Assembly (NCBI GenBank): GCA_049472335.1
Contig: JBLIRO010000011.1
Coordinates: forward strand, 5,084 to 69,083
DNA: 64,000 nt
Direction: 5' to 3'
Origin: a bacterium
GTDB taxonomy: Bacteria; SZUA-182; DTGQ01; JAFGSM01
Below, one piece after another: positions 10,254-19,897 of the stretch. Made by a program: the position numbers and the translations under genes. Position 1 is the stretch's first letter; every line of letters starts with the position of its first letter. The notes beneath the pieces are model-generated. The model made no database searches, was not told where the DNA came from, and worked only from the letters and a program-made list of their open reading frames with translations.

Positions 10254-11310
10254 AAACAAAGATGTAAAAATTTTAATCATTGATGACGATCCCTTGGTTA
10301 TGCAAAGCTTTTTATCGCTCTTAAATTCCGATGGATATTCAACGGTCGGAGTAACGTCCGTATTCGAGGCTTTAACACTTATGGAGCAGGAAGTTTTTGA
10401 TATTGTAATCACTGAGCTAATGATGGATGAAATGGGGGGCAATGAGTTATTGACTGCTCTCCGTCAAAAAGCCCCTGAGATTATTATCCTGATTCTCACT
10501 GGGTACGGATCTATAAATATGGCCATAGATGCAATACGCAACGGGGCCCACGATTACATTCTCAAACCCTGTGACTATAATGCTCTAAAAAACAGGATAG
10601 ACAAAGCGATCTCAACGATAAAGCCTTTATCGGAAGGAAAGAAGGAATCAAATCAAACAATCGGGGATTCAGAGGAACCTTATAAAATTGTTTTGGAAAA
10701 TATCAATGATCTCTTACTTCTTTTTGACAGGAATAGAAACTGTATATATGCAAGTCCAAGCTGGGGAAGCCAGCTTGGTTTATCCCAGAGCAGACTAATA
10801 GATAAAAATTGGATAAATCTGCTTTCCTTTGAAGACAAAAAAAAGATTGAGCGGGCTTTCCTGACCCTTAAAACAAGCAAAGAACCAAGGCAGGAATTTG
10901 TTATCAGCTTAAACGGAAAGAATAATGATATTAGAACATTCAAAGGTTATATGATTTTCATAAAAAAAGATATGAATCAAGAATCGCGAGTATTCCTTAT
11001 TCTCAACGATATCACTGAGCATATGAAGATCCAGGTCCAGGAAAAAGAGATAGAACGTATTAAAGCGGCAAAAGACTTGGCGATAGCTACTGCGCATCAT
11101 GTCAATCAACCTATGACATGCATAAGGGGTCTTACCGAGGTCATGCTCAAAGAACCTAAAAGCCGAAATACTGTTCTGGAATATTTAGAGCAAATAATGA
11201 TACAGTGTGACATTGTTCAGGATATTATTAATAGACTTCTGAATATCAATGATTACAAAACCATAGCTTATGTTGATGAGGAGATGCTCAATCTTTTTTC
11301 AGATGATTAA
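10246..11310 (+). CDS. REC(Asp->Glu)-PAS-HisKA protein without ATPase domain
   Basis: IIDDD...DIVITELMM...LTGYG...YILKP, then PAS, then AHHVNQP H box followed by only about 70 aa. Confidence 0.75.
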   Translation: MPENKDVKILIIDDDPLVMQSFLSLLNSDGYSTVGVTSVFEALTLMEQEVFDIVITELMMDEMGGNELLTALRQKAPEIIILILTGYGSINMAIDAIRNGAHDYILKPCDYNALKNRIDKAISTIKPLSEGKKESNQTIGDSEEPYKIVLENINDLLLLFDRNRNCIYASPSWGSQLGLSQSRLIDKNWINLLSFEDKKKIERAFLTLKTSKEPRQEFVISLNGKNNDIRTFKGYMIFIKKDMNQESRVFLILNDITEHMKIQVQEKEIERIKAAKDLAIATAHHVNQPMTCIRGLTEVMLKEPKSRNTVLEYLEQIMIQCDIVQDIINRLLNINDYKTIAYVDEEMLNLFSDD

Positions 11311-11368
11311 TCAGCTTAAATCCTTTACACCATGAATATATAATAGATATAGGGCAGAAAGACCGGTC

Positions 11369-11971
11369 ATGCATATAGAATCCATTACCAAAAAAAAACA
11401 TTTTCTGACTTTAATTATTTTCCATTTCCTGATTTTAATTATTTGTATTGCCGTCCAATTACCTCTCAACTGCCATGCGCAGAGGTATCCTGCCCGCAGA
11501 GCCGGAAACTATTATCCTTCTGGCCCTTATTACACCGACTCAACCTATGAAGGTCCTTTACTCAGACTAAGTCTAGGATATGGCATACCGTATGGATTCT
11601 TAGGTATGAATGGTGAATTCATGCTCTTTGACTATATATCCATATCAGGAGGGATGGGTTACAGCCCCGGGGGCTCTAGTTGGATAACAGGGGTAAGGGT
11701 ATATATGAACGAGCCTGAAAAACATTTCAGGCCTAGGATTTCAACATTTTATGGGACTGTAAGCGTCCTGTCGAAAAAATATTATAATGAAGAAACATAC
11801 GAAAATGATCAGGGTTATGCCTATGGATTGGGTTTTGAATGGAAGGTCTTAAATCCAAGCAGGTATAGCTTAGATTTCGATATCATTTTGACAGATTATA
11901 ATGTTCCGCCAGGTTATGAAAAAAAAGGGCCGGAGATTAAGTTTTCTCTGGGTTTTGGTCGTATCTTCTGA
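11369..11971 (+). CDS. Hypothetical exported protein, probable outer-membrane beta-barrel
   Basis: Signal peptide, Gly/aromatic alternating strands, C-terminal FSLGFGRIF. Confidence 0.55.
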   Translation: MHIESITKKKHFLTLIIFHFLILIICIAVQLPLNCHAQRYPARRAGNYYPSGPYYTDSTYEGPLLRLSLGYGIPYGFLGMNGEFMLFDYISISGGMGYSPGGSSWITGVRVYMNEPEKHFRPRISTFYGTVSVLSKKYYNEETYENDQGYAYGLGFEWKVLNPSRYSLDFDIILTDYNVPPGYEKKGPEIKFSLGFGRIF

Positions 11972-11984
11972 TCTCACTAATCCA

Positions 11985-12938
11985 TCAGAATTTTATGCCA
12001 AGGTTACAGACGACCTTATCCAGTTTTGTTCTGCTTTCAGGAATGGTATCTTTTTCCTTGATCTTTAACCTAAAAACAGAATAACCTATCTGATAATTAA
12101 TCCTGCCTCTGGTTCCCTTAATCCCTATTCTACCCAAAACAGATCTGCCATTGGTATTTTCAGGAGATGAAGAGGGACCGGCGGTCCCATAATTATCTTC
12201 TATACTTGCACCGTATACGCCGGTTCCGATATCGATATACCCTATCATCCTTCCATCATCCATGGTGAACTTAAAACCAAGATTGGGCTCTATTCCAAAG
12301 AGTGCAAAATCCGTTTCTTTAGGTGGTTTTTCGATGTCTGCCGGTTTCACATCCTTTCTCTGAAGACCGTGAAAACGATAAATAAAGCCTAAACCAATGT
12401 TTGTTTGTGCCAAAACAGGAAAAGGATAAAGGGCTGTTTCTTCAAAATGGTACCTGATTAGGGTTTCAACGCATAATCCTGTAACCATAAGCTTGTTGAT
12501 TCTAAATACCTTTTGCTCTGACCACCACCTCTCTAACCTGTATGTGGTTCTGAAGAGTTCTCCGCTCATTTCAACAGCCCACTTCCCTTTTTTTTCATCC
12601 ACCCTTATCATTGGCTTTATACTTACCATATCTCCTATATAAACTGATTGTAAAACAGGAGATCCATCTTTCTCGAATATGTCACAGGCGAAATTTCCCA
12701 ATCCGAATTCAAGGATCATATCATATTTTCGAATCTTATCTTTTTCGCTTATATTATTTGTCTCTTCCGATAAATGATTAACCTTTTTAGACAACACATC
12801 ACGTCTATTGATTGTGACAGATTGCACTTCTCTCCTGTCATTGTTCCAATCACGCTTTTGGGCAAGACATAAACGGCAAAGAAATAACGGAAACAAAAAC
12901 ATAAACAAAAAAATGATTTTTTTGTATTGATTGACCAC
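11985..12938 (-). CDS. Hypothetical exported protein, probable outer-membrane beta-barrel
   Basis: Signal peptide, amphipathic strands, C-terminal NLGIKF. Confidence 0.55.
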   Translation of the reverse strand: MVNQYKKIIFLFMFLFPLFLCRLCLAQKRDWNNDRREVQSVTINRRDVLSKKVNHLSEETNNISEKDKIRKYDMILEFGLGNFACDIFEKDGSPVLQSVYIGDMVSIKPMIRVDEKKGKWAVEMSGELFRTTYRLERWWSEQKVFRINKLMVTGLCVETLIRYHFEETALYPFPVLAQTNIGLGFIYRFHGLQRKDVKPADIEKPPKETDFALFGIEPNLGFKFTMDDGRMIGYIDIGTGVYGASIEDNYGTAGPSSSPENTNGRSVLGRIGIKGTRGRINYQIGYSVFRLKIKEKDTIPESRTKLDKVVCNLGIKF

Positions 12939-13067
12939 AATGACCTTCCTTTTATCAAAACGTTTTGATTATTAACACCTACTATATCTATCGTCACATA
13001 TATAGGTCTGATACATCTTATCCGGTTATTGAAATAAGGTCCTTATATTGATACTATAAAACCCATT

Positions 13068-16000
13068 ATGTCTTTTTTGCTCGATTTTCATATCCATTCT
13101 CATTTTTCAATAGCAACAAGCAAGGATTGCGATCCGGAGCACCTTTTCATATGGGCCTGTCTGAAAGGGTTATCTGTAATAGGAACTGGTGATTTCACGC
13201 ATCCGGGATGGTTTGAAGAACTGAACCAAAAGTTAATCCCCGCGGAAGAGGGGCTTTTTCGTCTTCGTCCGGAAATCGAAAAGAGCTTACTCGAGCAAAT
13301 CCCAAAAACCTGTTACAGGGATGTCCGTTTTATACTATCTTCAGAAATCAGCTCTATCTATAAAAAAAAAGGTAAAGTCAGAAAAATTCATAATTGTCTT
13401 CTGGTTCCAACTTTTGATAACGCAAAGGCCATTTCCAATCGACTGGAACAAATTGGTAATATAAGGGCGGACGGCAGGCCCATACTTGGACTGGACAGCT
13501 ATGAACTCCTGAAGATAATGCTGGACGAATCACCAAACGGCATATTTATCCCTGCGCATGTCTGGACCCCGCATTTTTCCCTCTTTGGCGCCTATTCAGG
13601 ATTCAATACCATTGAAGAGTGCTTTGAAGATTTGTCGCCCTGTATCTGGGCACTAGAAACCGGCCTCTCCTCTGATCCTTCAATGAACTGGCGGGTATCC
13701 GCTCTGGACAGATTCACTCTGGTCTCAAACTCAGACGCCCATTCACCAAAAAATCTTGCCAGAGAATCAAATATCTTAGATTGTGAATTATCCTTTCAGG
13801 CCATAAGATCCGCCATAAAGGATAAAGAAGCCGGCCAATTCAAGGGAACCATAGAGTTTTTCCCCCAGGAGGGAAAGTATCATTTCGACGGTCACCGTAA
13901 CTGCGGAATAAGATTAAATCCTGAGGAGACAATCGAGGCAGGAGGGATTTGTTCTAAATGCGGCAGAAAATTGACACTGGGTGTCATGCACAGGGTTGTG
14001 GAGCTTGCAGACAGGGAACCGGGATTTATTCCTCAAAAAACTCCTCCCTTCCATAGTCTCATTCCTCTCACTGAAATCCTGGCAGATTATTTCGGGTGCG
14101 GAGCGAACTCCAAGAAAGTAAATCAGGCCTATTTCAATCTCATTCAGAAGCTAGGGTCTGAATGGCAGATCCTTATGCTTACCCCGATAGAGGAAATCAA
14201 AAATTGCGCGGGGCCATCTCTCGCGGAAGGCATTGAGAGGGTTCGAACGGGAAAGGTAACCATAAAGCCCGGATTTGATGGTGAGTATGGAACCATATCG
14301 GTTTTTTCTCAGGAGGACAGGATGGGCAGAATGACACAGAAAGGTCTTTTTGCGATAGAAAAGAAAGAGGCTTGTTCACCATCAAAGCCTATTCCTGATT
14401 TTAAGAAAAAAAAGACCAAGCCATCAAAAATAGCCGCCTCTTGTTTGCTGGAGCCTGAATCCTCTTCAATCGTCAAAAAGAAGACCTCACCGGATATAAT
14501 ATCCTTTTCCAGCCAGCTAAATCCAACACAACAGAAATGTGTTAATGCATCCAAGGGGCCTGTTTTAGTTATTGCCGGACCCGGCACAGGAAAAACCAGA
14601 ACACTCGCCTTTCGAATAGCATTCCTTATCATGGAAAAAGATATCAAACCAGACAAAATCCTTGCAATCACCTTTACAAACAAGGCTGCCAAAGAGATGG
14701 CTCAACGACTTAACTCAATTATGAGTAATAATTCAGGCTCATCCGGTCCCTTTATAGGGACCTTTCACCATTTTTGCCTGGAGATTTTAAAAAGATACGG
14801 CCCATCGAATGACTTTATATTATTCCATACTTACGATAGCCTGGCATTGATTGATCTTATCCTTAAAGATATGGATAAGGGTAAATCCGTTAAAGCAAGG
14901 GACTGTCTCCAGAAGATCTCATTGCTAAAGGTCAAGAGGGGGAATGATTACAATGAAGGGGACATGGATCAGTTAACGCTTGACGTGTATAAGCAATATC
15001 AACAAAATCTTCTCAAATATAATGCGCTCGACTATGATGATCTGCTGGTTAAAACGGTTGAACTTATGGAAAAAGATGAAAATATTGCCGATAAAATACG
15101 GGCCCAATTCAATTTTATACTTGTAGATGAATTTCAGGACGTCAATTTTATCCAATATAAGCTTATACTTTTGTTGGGGGATAAAAAGGGAGAGAATCTC
15201 TTTCTGATAGGTGATCCGAATCAGGCCATATATGGTTTCCGAGGCGCCGACCGCAGGTTTTTCTTCCGAATAAAGGAGGAATTCCCTTTATGCTCCATAT
15301 TCTCACTGGAAGATAATTACCGTTCCACTTCCCCTATTATCAATTCCGCATCCTACTTAATATCGCACAACCCTCAAACGATCTCATTAAATATTAGATC
15401 ATTGCGGGGCGAAGGCCCTGTTATCAGAATTATTGAAGTCCCATCGGAAAAAGCGGAGGGGATTAGTATAGTCAAGGAAATTGGAATGCTTATGGGTGGG
15501 ATAGATATGATTCAGGCGCATGGCGAATCAGGCAAAAGCACTTATCTCTCCATTCAGAAAAGACAAAATGATTTTAGTTTTTCGGATTTCGCCATACTGT
15601 TCAGAACAAGTAATCAGGCGGATATAATAGAGGAATGTCTTTTAAAGGAAGGGATACCTTACAGGCTTACCGGACATCAGGGCATCATGGAAAATCCACT
15701 TATAAGACAAGTACTTGCCTTTTTAAGGTGGTGTCATATTCCTATGGATGAACACTCATTTTTACAGGCACTGGATCTGCCGATCTTTCAAATTAAAAAA
15801 GAGGAAAAGATTAAAATTTTCAAAATTTTCCAGGAAATAAATAATGAAATGAAACATCATATAGGGGACAGGCTCCAATCCGCCCGGCTTCATATAACCT
15901 CTAAATTAATCACAGATACAAATATGAAATCAATATCAAATATAATCGACACATATTCTGAAACGGCAAAGGAAAAGATGCCTTCTCAATTTATAGATCT

Positions 16001-16505
16001 AATAATTTCAGATTTGAAAGATTATCCGGAAACCAGAAACAACCGGAAGGACCTTGAAAGACTTAGATTGCTTGCAGAGGAATTTTTGGACATCTCTTCC
16101 TTCCTTGACAGTGCCGTCCTATATAGAGAAGGAGATATCTCCTGGAATGGGACCAAAGGAAAAAGGATTATGGAGATGGTCAGCCTGATGACCCTGCATG
16201 CGGCCAAAGGTCTCGAATTTCCCGTTGTATTCATTTGCGGATGCGAGGCCGGACTTCTTCCTTATAATTACAACAATAAAGAAGCAGATATAGAGGAGGA
16301 ACGAAGGTTATTCTATGTTGGGATGACAAGGGCAAAGGACCGTCTCTATTTATCGCGGTGCAAAAATCGTTTGTGGAGAGGGGAAAAACATATCTGTCAC
16401 ACATCCCCTTTTCTGGAAGAGATACCAGGTGCTTTTTCTGAAAGAGCCCATTTCTCGGCGTCTTCCCCTTTAAAACCAAAAGCCAGACAGCTCGGCCTCT
16501 GGTAA
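13068..16505 (+). CDS. Endonuclease Q-like PHP domain fused to a UvrD/PcrA helicase
   Basis: DFHIHSHFS, GTGDFTHP, SNSDAHS, EGKYH, HRNC..CSKC; helicase motifs AGPGTGKT, DEFQD, GDPNQAIYGFRGA, TLHAAKGLEF, EERRLFYVGMTRA. Confidence 0.9.
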   Translation: MSFLLDFHIHSHFSIATSKDCDPEHLFIWACLKGLSVIGTGDFTHPGWFEELNQKLIPAEEGLFRLRPEIEKSLLEQIPKTCYRDVRFILSSEISSIYKKKGKVRKIHNCLLVPTFDNAKAISNRLEQIGNIRADGRPILGLDSYELLKIMLDESPNGIFIPAHVWTPHFSLFGAYSGFNTIEECFEDLSPCIWALETGLSSDPSMNWRVSALDRFTLVSNSDAHSPKNLARESNILDCELSFQAIRSAIKDKEAGQFKGTIEFFPQEGKYHFDGHRNCGIRLNPEETIEAGGICSKCGRKLTLGVMHRVVELADREPGFIPQKTPPFHSLIPLTEILADYFGCGANSKKVNQAYFNLIQKLGSEWQILMLTPIEEIKNCAGPSLAEGIERVRTGKVTIKPGFDGEYGTISVFSQEDRMGRMTQKGLFAIEKKEACSPSKPIPDFKKKKTKPSKIAASCLLEPESSSIVKKKTSPDIISFSSQLNPTQQKCVNASKGPVLVIAGPGTGKTRTLAFRIAFLIMEKDIKPDKILAITFTNKAAKEMAQRLNSIMSNNSGSSGPFIGTFHHFCLEILKRYGPSNDFILFHTYDSLALIDLILKDMDKGKSVKARDCLQKISLLKVKRGNDYNEGDMDQLTLDVYKQYQQNLLKYNALDYDDLLVKTVELMEKDENIADKIRAQFNFILVDEFQDVNFIQYKLILLLGDKKGENLFLIGDPNQAIYGFRGADRRFFFRIKEEFPLCSIFSLEDNYRSTSPIINSASYLISHNPQTISLNIRSLRGEGPVIRIIEVPSEKAEGISIVKEIGMLMGGIDMIQAHGESGKSTYLSIQKRQNDFSFSDFAILFRTSNQADIIEECLLKEGIPYRLTGHQGIMENPLIRQVLAFLRWCHIPMDEHSFLQALDLPIFQIKKEEKIKIFKIFQEINNEMKHHIGDRLQSARLHITSKLITDTNMKSISNIIDTYSETAKEKMPSQFIDLIISDLKDYPETRNNRKDLERLRLLAEEFLDISSFLDSAVLYREGDISWNGTKGKRIMEMVSLMTLHAAKGLEFPVVFICGCEAGLLPYNYNNKEADIEEERRLFYVGMTRAKDRLYLSRCKNRLWRGEKHICHTSPFLEEIPGAFSERAHFSASSPLKPKARQLGLW

Positions 16506-16669
16506 TGTTTTTATAATAATTTCAGTAAAAAATTTATTGCCTTTTTTGGTTAATAATTAGAATCACCGATCTATATTTTCCATTTAAGATGTTGACTTCT
16601 ATTTCTTTTCCGTATATAATCCTATATAATTATCAAAAGCTTTTATACGTTATCGAAAAAGGATAGAAA

Positions 16670-16981
16670 ATGGATTTTGTGGTTGATGTTCAGAAAATAA
16701 ATGAAAATGCAGAGAACCTGGCCCGTTGTCTAAAAGCCATGGCTCATCCCCTACGATTGAAAATAATCCTCTTCTTATCGGACAAAGAAAAAAGTGTCGG
16801 AGAAATTGAGGAGTCCGTTGGAAGCTCTCAATCAAATATCTCTCAACATTTAGGGATAATGAGGGATAAAAATCTACTTACATCAAGAAAAGACAGGAAT
16901 CAAATCTTTTACTCTTTAAAGGATGCCCGGATTCTTCCTCTTGTAAAAGAAATATGTCATATAATAATGCAGAATCGTTGA
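16670..16981 (+). CDS. ArsR/SmtB family transcriptional regulator
   Basis: KAMAHPLRLKII, SQSNISQHL helix-turn-helix. Confidence 0.9.
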   Translation: MDFVVDVQKINENAENLARCLKAMAHPLRLKIILFLSDKEKSVGEIEESVGSSQSNISQHLGIMRDKNLLTSRKDRNQIFYSLKDARILPLVKEICHIIMQNR

Positions 16982-16995
16982 AGCAAAATCTTCTC

Positions 16996-17184
16996 TTATT
17001 CTTCAACGGTTATAGCCGAAACAGGACAAATCTCTTCTGCTTCATGGCAACAATCCTTAAGGTTTGACGGCACTTCGTCCAGAATAACTACAGCCTTATC
17101 ATCATCCAACTTGAAAACATCCGGACAAACCTCTTCACACTGCCCACAACCCAGGCAAGTATCTTCGTCGATTATTACGTTCAT
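16996..17184 (-). CDS. Single-cluster ferredoxin
   Basis: CLGCGQCEEVCP ... CPV; AGGAG RBS 8 nt upstream of ATG 17184. Confidence 0.85.
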   Translation of the reverse strand: MNVIIDEDTCLGCGQCEEVCPDVFKLDDDKAVVILDEVPSNLKDCCHEAEEICPVSAITVEE

Positions 17185-17195
17185 CAGCAAATCTC

Positions 17196-17588
17196 CTAAT
17201 TAATTATTCTGTTTATCTTAACGATTTCCCTTTCTTCCACCTGTTTAAGGATTTCCGGATCTCCAATAATATTACCCACAAGATTTACCGGGCTTGCAGG
17301 CACGATCTCCTGTCCCTTGCTAAGAGGGGTAGGTCCAAAAAAAATACACATGGCCTTTGCCATTGGCCAGTAACCTATATACCCCATTTGAATATCAGTA
17401 GTGGCATTATTATCAAGGCTTGAAGCCACCGGTATCTCAAAATAGATCTCGTTGCCCCAGAGATTGACCACCGATTCTATGGGAAGATTTTCCCATATGG
17501 TCTTTGCAGTTGGGCTGTCATTTAAAATTCCTTCTATTGTAATTGGACCAAACTGAAAAAATATTTTATTACTAACATTATCCATCAT
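17196..17588 (-). CDS. Cyclophilin-like fold protein (TM1367/DUF369 type)
   Basis: WGNEIYF, IGYWP, CIFFGPTP, PASPVN motifs. Confidence 0.75.
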   Translation of the reverse strand: MMDNVSNKIFFQFGPITIEGILNDSPTAKTIWENLPIESVVNLWGNEIYFEIPVASSLDNNATTDIQMGYIGYWPMAKAMCIFFGPTPLSKGQEIVPASPVNLVGNIIGDPEILKQVEEREIVKINRIIN

Positions 17589-18027
17589 TTTAACTCCATT
17601 TATCCAAAGCTGCAGATAAGTCTTTAAAAATAAGTATATACAACTAAAAGAATTTTTCCTTTATAGCATTTATCATTTTATTTGTCAATTAACAAAAAAT
17701 ATTTTGGTACAATATTATTGGCTGAAAATTGTAAAATGGTACTTGAAAATATGAGATGAATCATGTATATTATATGGCCTGTAACACCTGAAAATCAATA
17801 GTATTTTATTGACGAAAAGGTTTTATCCATTCCTCCCATCTCTCTTTAAACGGAGCTGGCTAATAACAGCCACCTCTTGTTATACAGGTTTGGTTTCATT
17901 ATTTTATGTTTTTTGGTATACGAGAACCTGATTTAAAAAATTTAAATAAATTAAATTTTTTATCGATTGTTTTTTTCAGAAGAATCCCCAAATCAATGTT
18001 GATTCATAAATATTATAGGAGGAAACA

Positions 18028-19008
18028 ATGCTTGAAGAGTTGACCCAAAAGGTTGAAGAGAAGGGTCTACTGATCCGTAAGCTGAGAGAAGAGATTGGAA
18101 AGATAATCGTTGGCCAGGATTATATGATAGAGAGGATGCTGGTGGGGCTGTTGGCTGACGGACACCTCCTTGTTGAAGGCGTGCCGGGACTGGCCAAGAC
18201 GACTGCAGTCAAAACCCTTGCCCAGGCTATACAGACCAATTTCCAGCGTATTCAGTTTACACCGGACCTGCTCCCCGCAGACCTGATCGGCACACAAATC
18301 TATCTGCCTAAAACAGGGGAATTTCTTATTAAAAAAGGCCCCATATTTCATAACATCATCCTGGCGGATGAAATAAACCGTGCCCCCGCTAAGGTTCAGA
18401 GCGCTTTGCTGGAAGCAATGCAGGAACGTCAGGTTACCATAGGGGAAGAGACCTTTGCGTTGGAAAAACCATTTCTGGTAATGGCCACTCAGAACCCCAT
18501 TGAGCAGGAAGGGACATATCCACTTCCCGAGGCACAGGTGGACAGATTTATGCTTAAGCTAAAGATCTCCTATCCCACCAAAGAGGAAGAAAAGTCCATA
18601 ATGAAAAGAGTAGCGGCCTCCCAGCCTCTGAATGTAAATACCGCAATAACGCCAAAGGAGATTCTGGCATGCAGAGAGATTGTAAACCAGATCTATATTG
18701 ACGAAAAGCTGCAGGACTATATTGTGGACCTGGTTTTTGCAACACGTGATCCTGATTCCTATCGCCTGTCGTCCATCAAACAAATGATACAGTACGGCAC
18801 TTCCCCGAGGGCGACCATTTACCTTAACCAGGCGGCCAGGGCTTATGCGTTTCTTCATGGCCGGGCATATGTAACCCCTCAGGATATAAAATCCATCGGA
18901 AAGGATATCATGAGGCACAGGATCATCCTGACCTATGAGGCAGAGGCAGAGAACCTGGATACTGATGACATAATAGACAGGATCTTTGAAAGTGTTGAGG
19001 TGCCTTGA
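18028..19008 (+). CDS. moxR: MoxR family AAA+ ATPase
   Basis: GVPGLAKT, RIQFTPDLLPAD, DEINRAPAKVQSALLEAM, NPIEQEGTYPLPEAQ; strong RBS. Confidence 0.95.
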   Translation: MLEELTQKVEEKGLLIRKLREEIGKIIVGQDYMIERMLVGLLADGHLLVEGVPGLAKTTAVKTLAQAIQTNFQRIQFTPDLLPADLIGTQIYLPKTGEFLIKKGPIFHNIILADEINRAPAKVQSALLEAMQERQVTIGEETFALEKPFLVMATQNPIEQEGTYPLPEAQVDRFMLKLKISYPTKEEEKSIMKRVAASQPLNVNTAITPKEILACREIVNQIYIDEKLQDYIVDLVFATRDPDSYRLSSIKQMIQYGTSPRATIYLNQAARAYAFLHGRAYVTPQDIKSIGKDIMRHRIILTYEAEAENLDTDDIIDRIFESVEVP

Positions 19009-19895
19009 TCATGCTGGATCCTGGTCTGATAAAAAAGATCTCCCGTATTCATATACATACTAACCATCTGGTTACTGAGGTTCTGGCCGGTGAATACGAA
19101 AGCGCCTTCCGCGGCAGGGGCATGGAGTTTGAAGAGGTAAGAGAGTATCAGGCAGGAGACGATATCAGGGATATCGACTGGAACGTAACGGCACGTATGG
19201 GCCACCCTTATGTAAAGCTTTATAAAGAGGAAAGGGAACTGACCATTATTCTTCTTGTGGATGTAAGCTCATCCGGGCAATTCGGTTCTGTTAAATCCCT
19301 TAAAACAGATGTATGTGCCGAGATTGCAGCCTTGCTTGCCTATACTGCCATAAAAAACAATGATAAGGTTGGCCTCATAATATTCAGTGATACCGTGGAG
19401 CGTTACATACCGCCTAAAAAAGGACGGGGGCATGTATGGATGGTGATAAGGGAGGTATTACAGCATCATCCGCAAAGGGGCCGGACAAATATTGCTCAGG
19501 CCCTTGAATTCATGACAAAGGTTATCCGCAGGCGCTCCATATGTTTCCTGATCTCGGATTTTATCGCCAAAGGGTATGAGCGCCCCCTCAGGCTTGCAGC
19601 AAAAAAACATGACCTGATAACCATATCTATCACTGATCCAAGAGAGAAGGAGCTTCCAAAGATAGGTTTTCTGGAATTGGAAGACGCAGAGACAGGGGAA
19701 ACTATACTTATTGACACCTATGACCCGGATATACGTGAGGGTTTTCTCAAGCTTGGACAGAAAGAAGCTGATGAGAGAAAGGATCTTTTCCGGTCCATGG
19801 GTATTGACCATGTAGATATAATGATTGATGAAACAGATTATTTTTATATAAATCCCATCCTAAAACTTTTCAGATTGCGGGAAAAGAGGCTATAA
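19005..19895 (+). CDS. DUF58 (vWA-like) protein
   Basis: GMEFEEVREYQAGDDIRDIDWNVTAR, EERE, DVSSS; follows moxR. Confidence 0.9.
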   Translation: MIMLDPGLIKKISRIHIHTNHLVTEVLAGEYESAFRGRGMEFEEVREYQAGDDIRDIDWNVTARMGHPYVKLYKEERELTIILLVDVSSSGQFGSVKSLKTDVCAEIAALLAYTAIKNNDKVGLIIFSDTVERYIPPKKGRGHVWMVIREVLQHHPQRGRTNIAQALEFMTKVIRRRSICFLISDFIAKGYERPLRLAAKKHDLITISITDPREKELPKIGFLELEDAETGETILIDTYDPDIREGFLKLGQKEADERKDLFRSMGIDHVDIMIDETDYFYINPILKLFRLREKRL

Positions 19896-19897
19896 AA

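Noticed and set aside
16670-16981. ArsR protein as a BigR/SqrR persulfide sensor
   Set aside because: It has two Cys, but the first is not at the BigR/SqrR position, and no sulfur-handling genes are adjacent.
17850-17960. Short hairpins upstream of moxR as a riboswitch
   Set aside because: Stems are only 5-8 bp and match no aptamer consensus I recognise.
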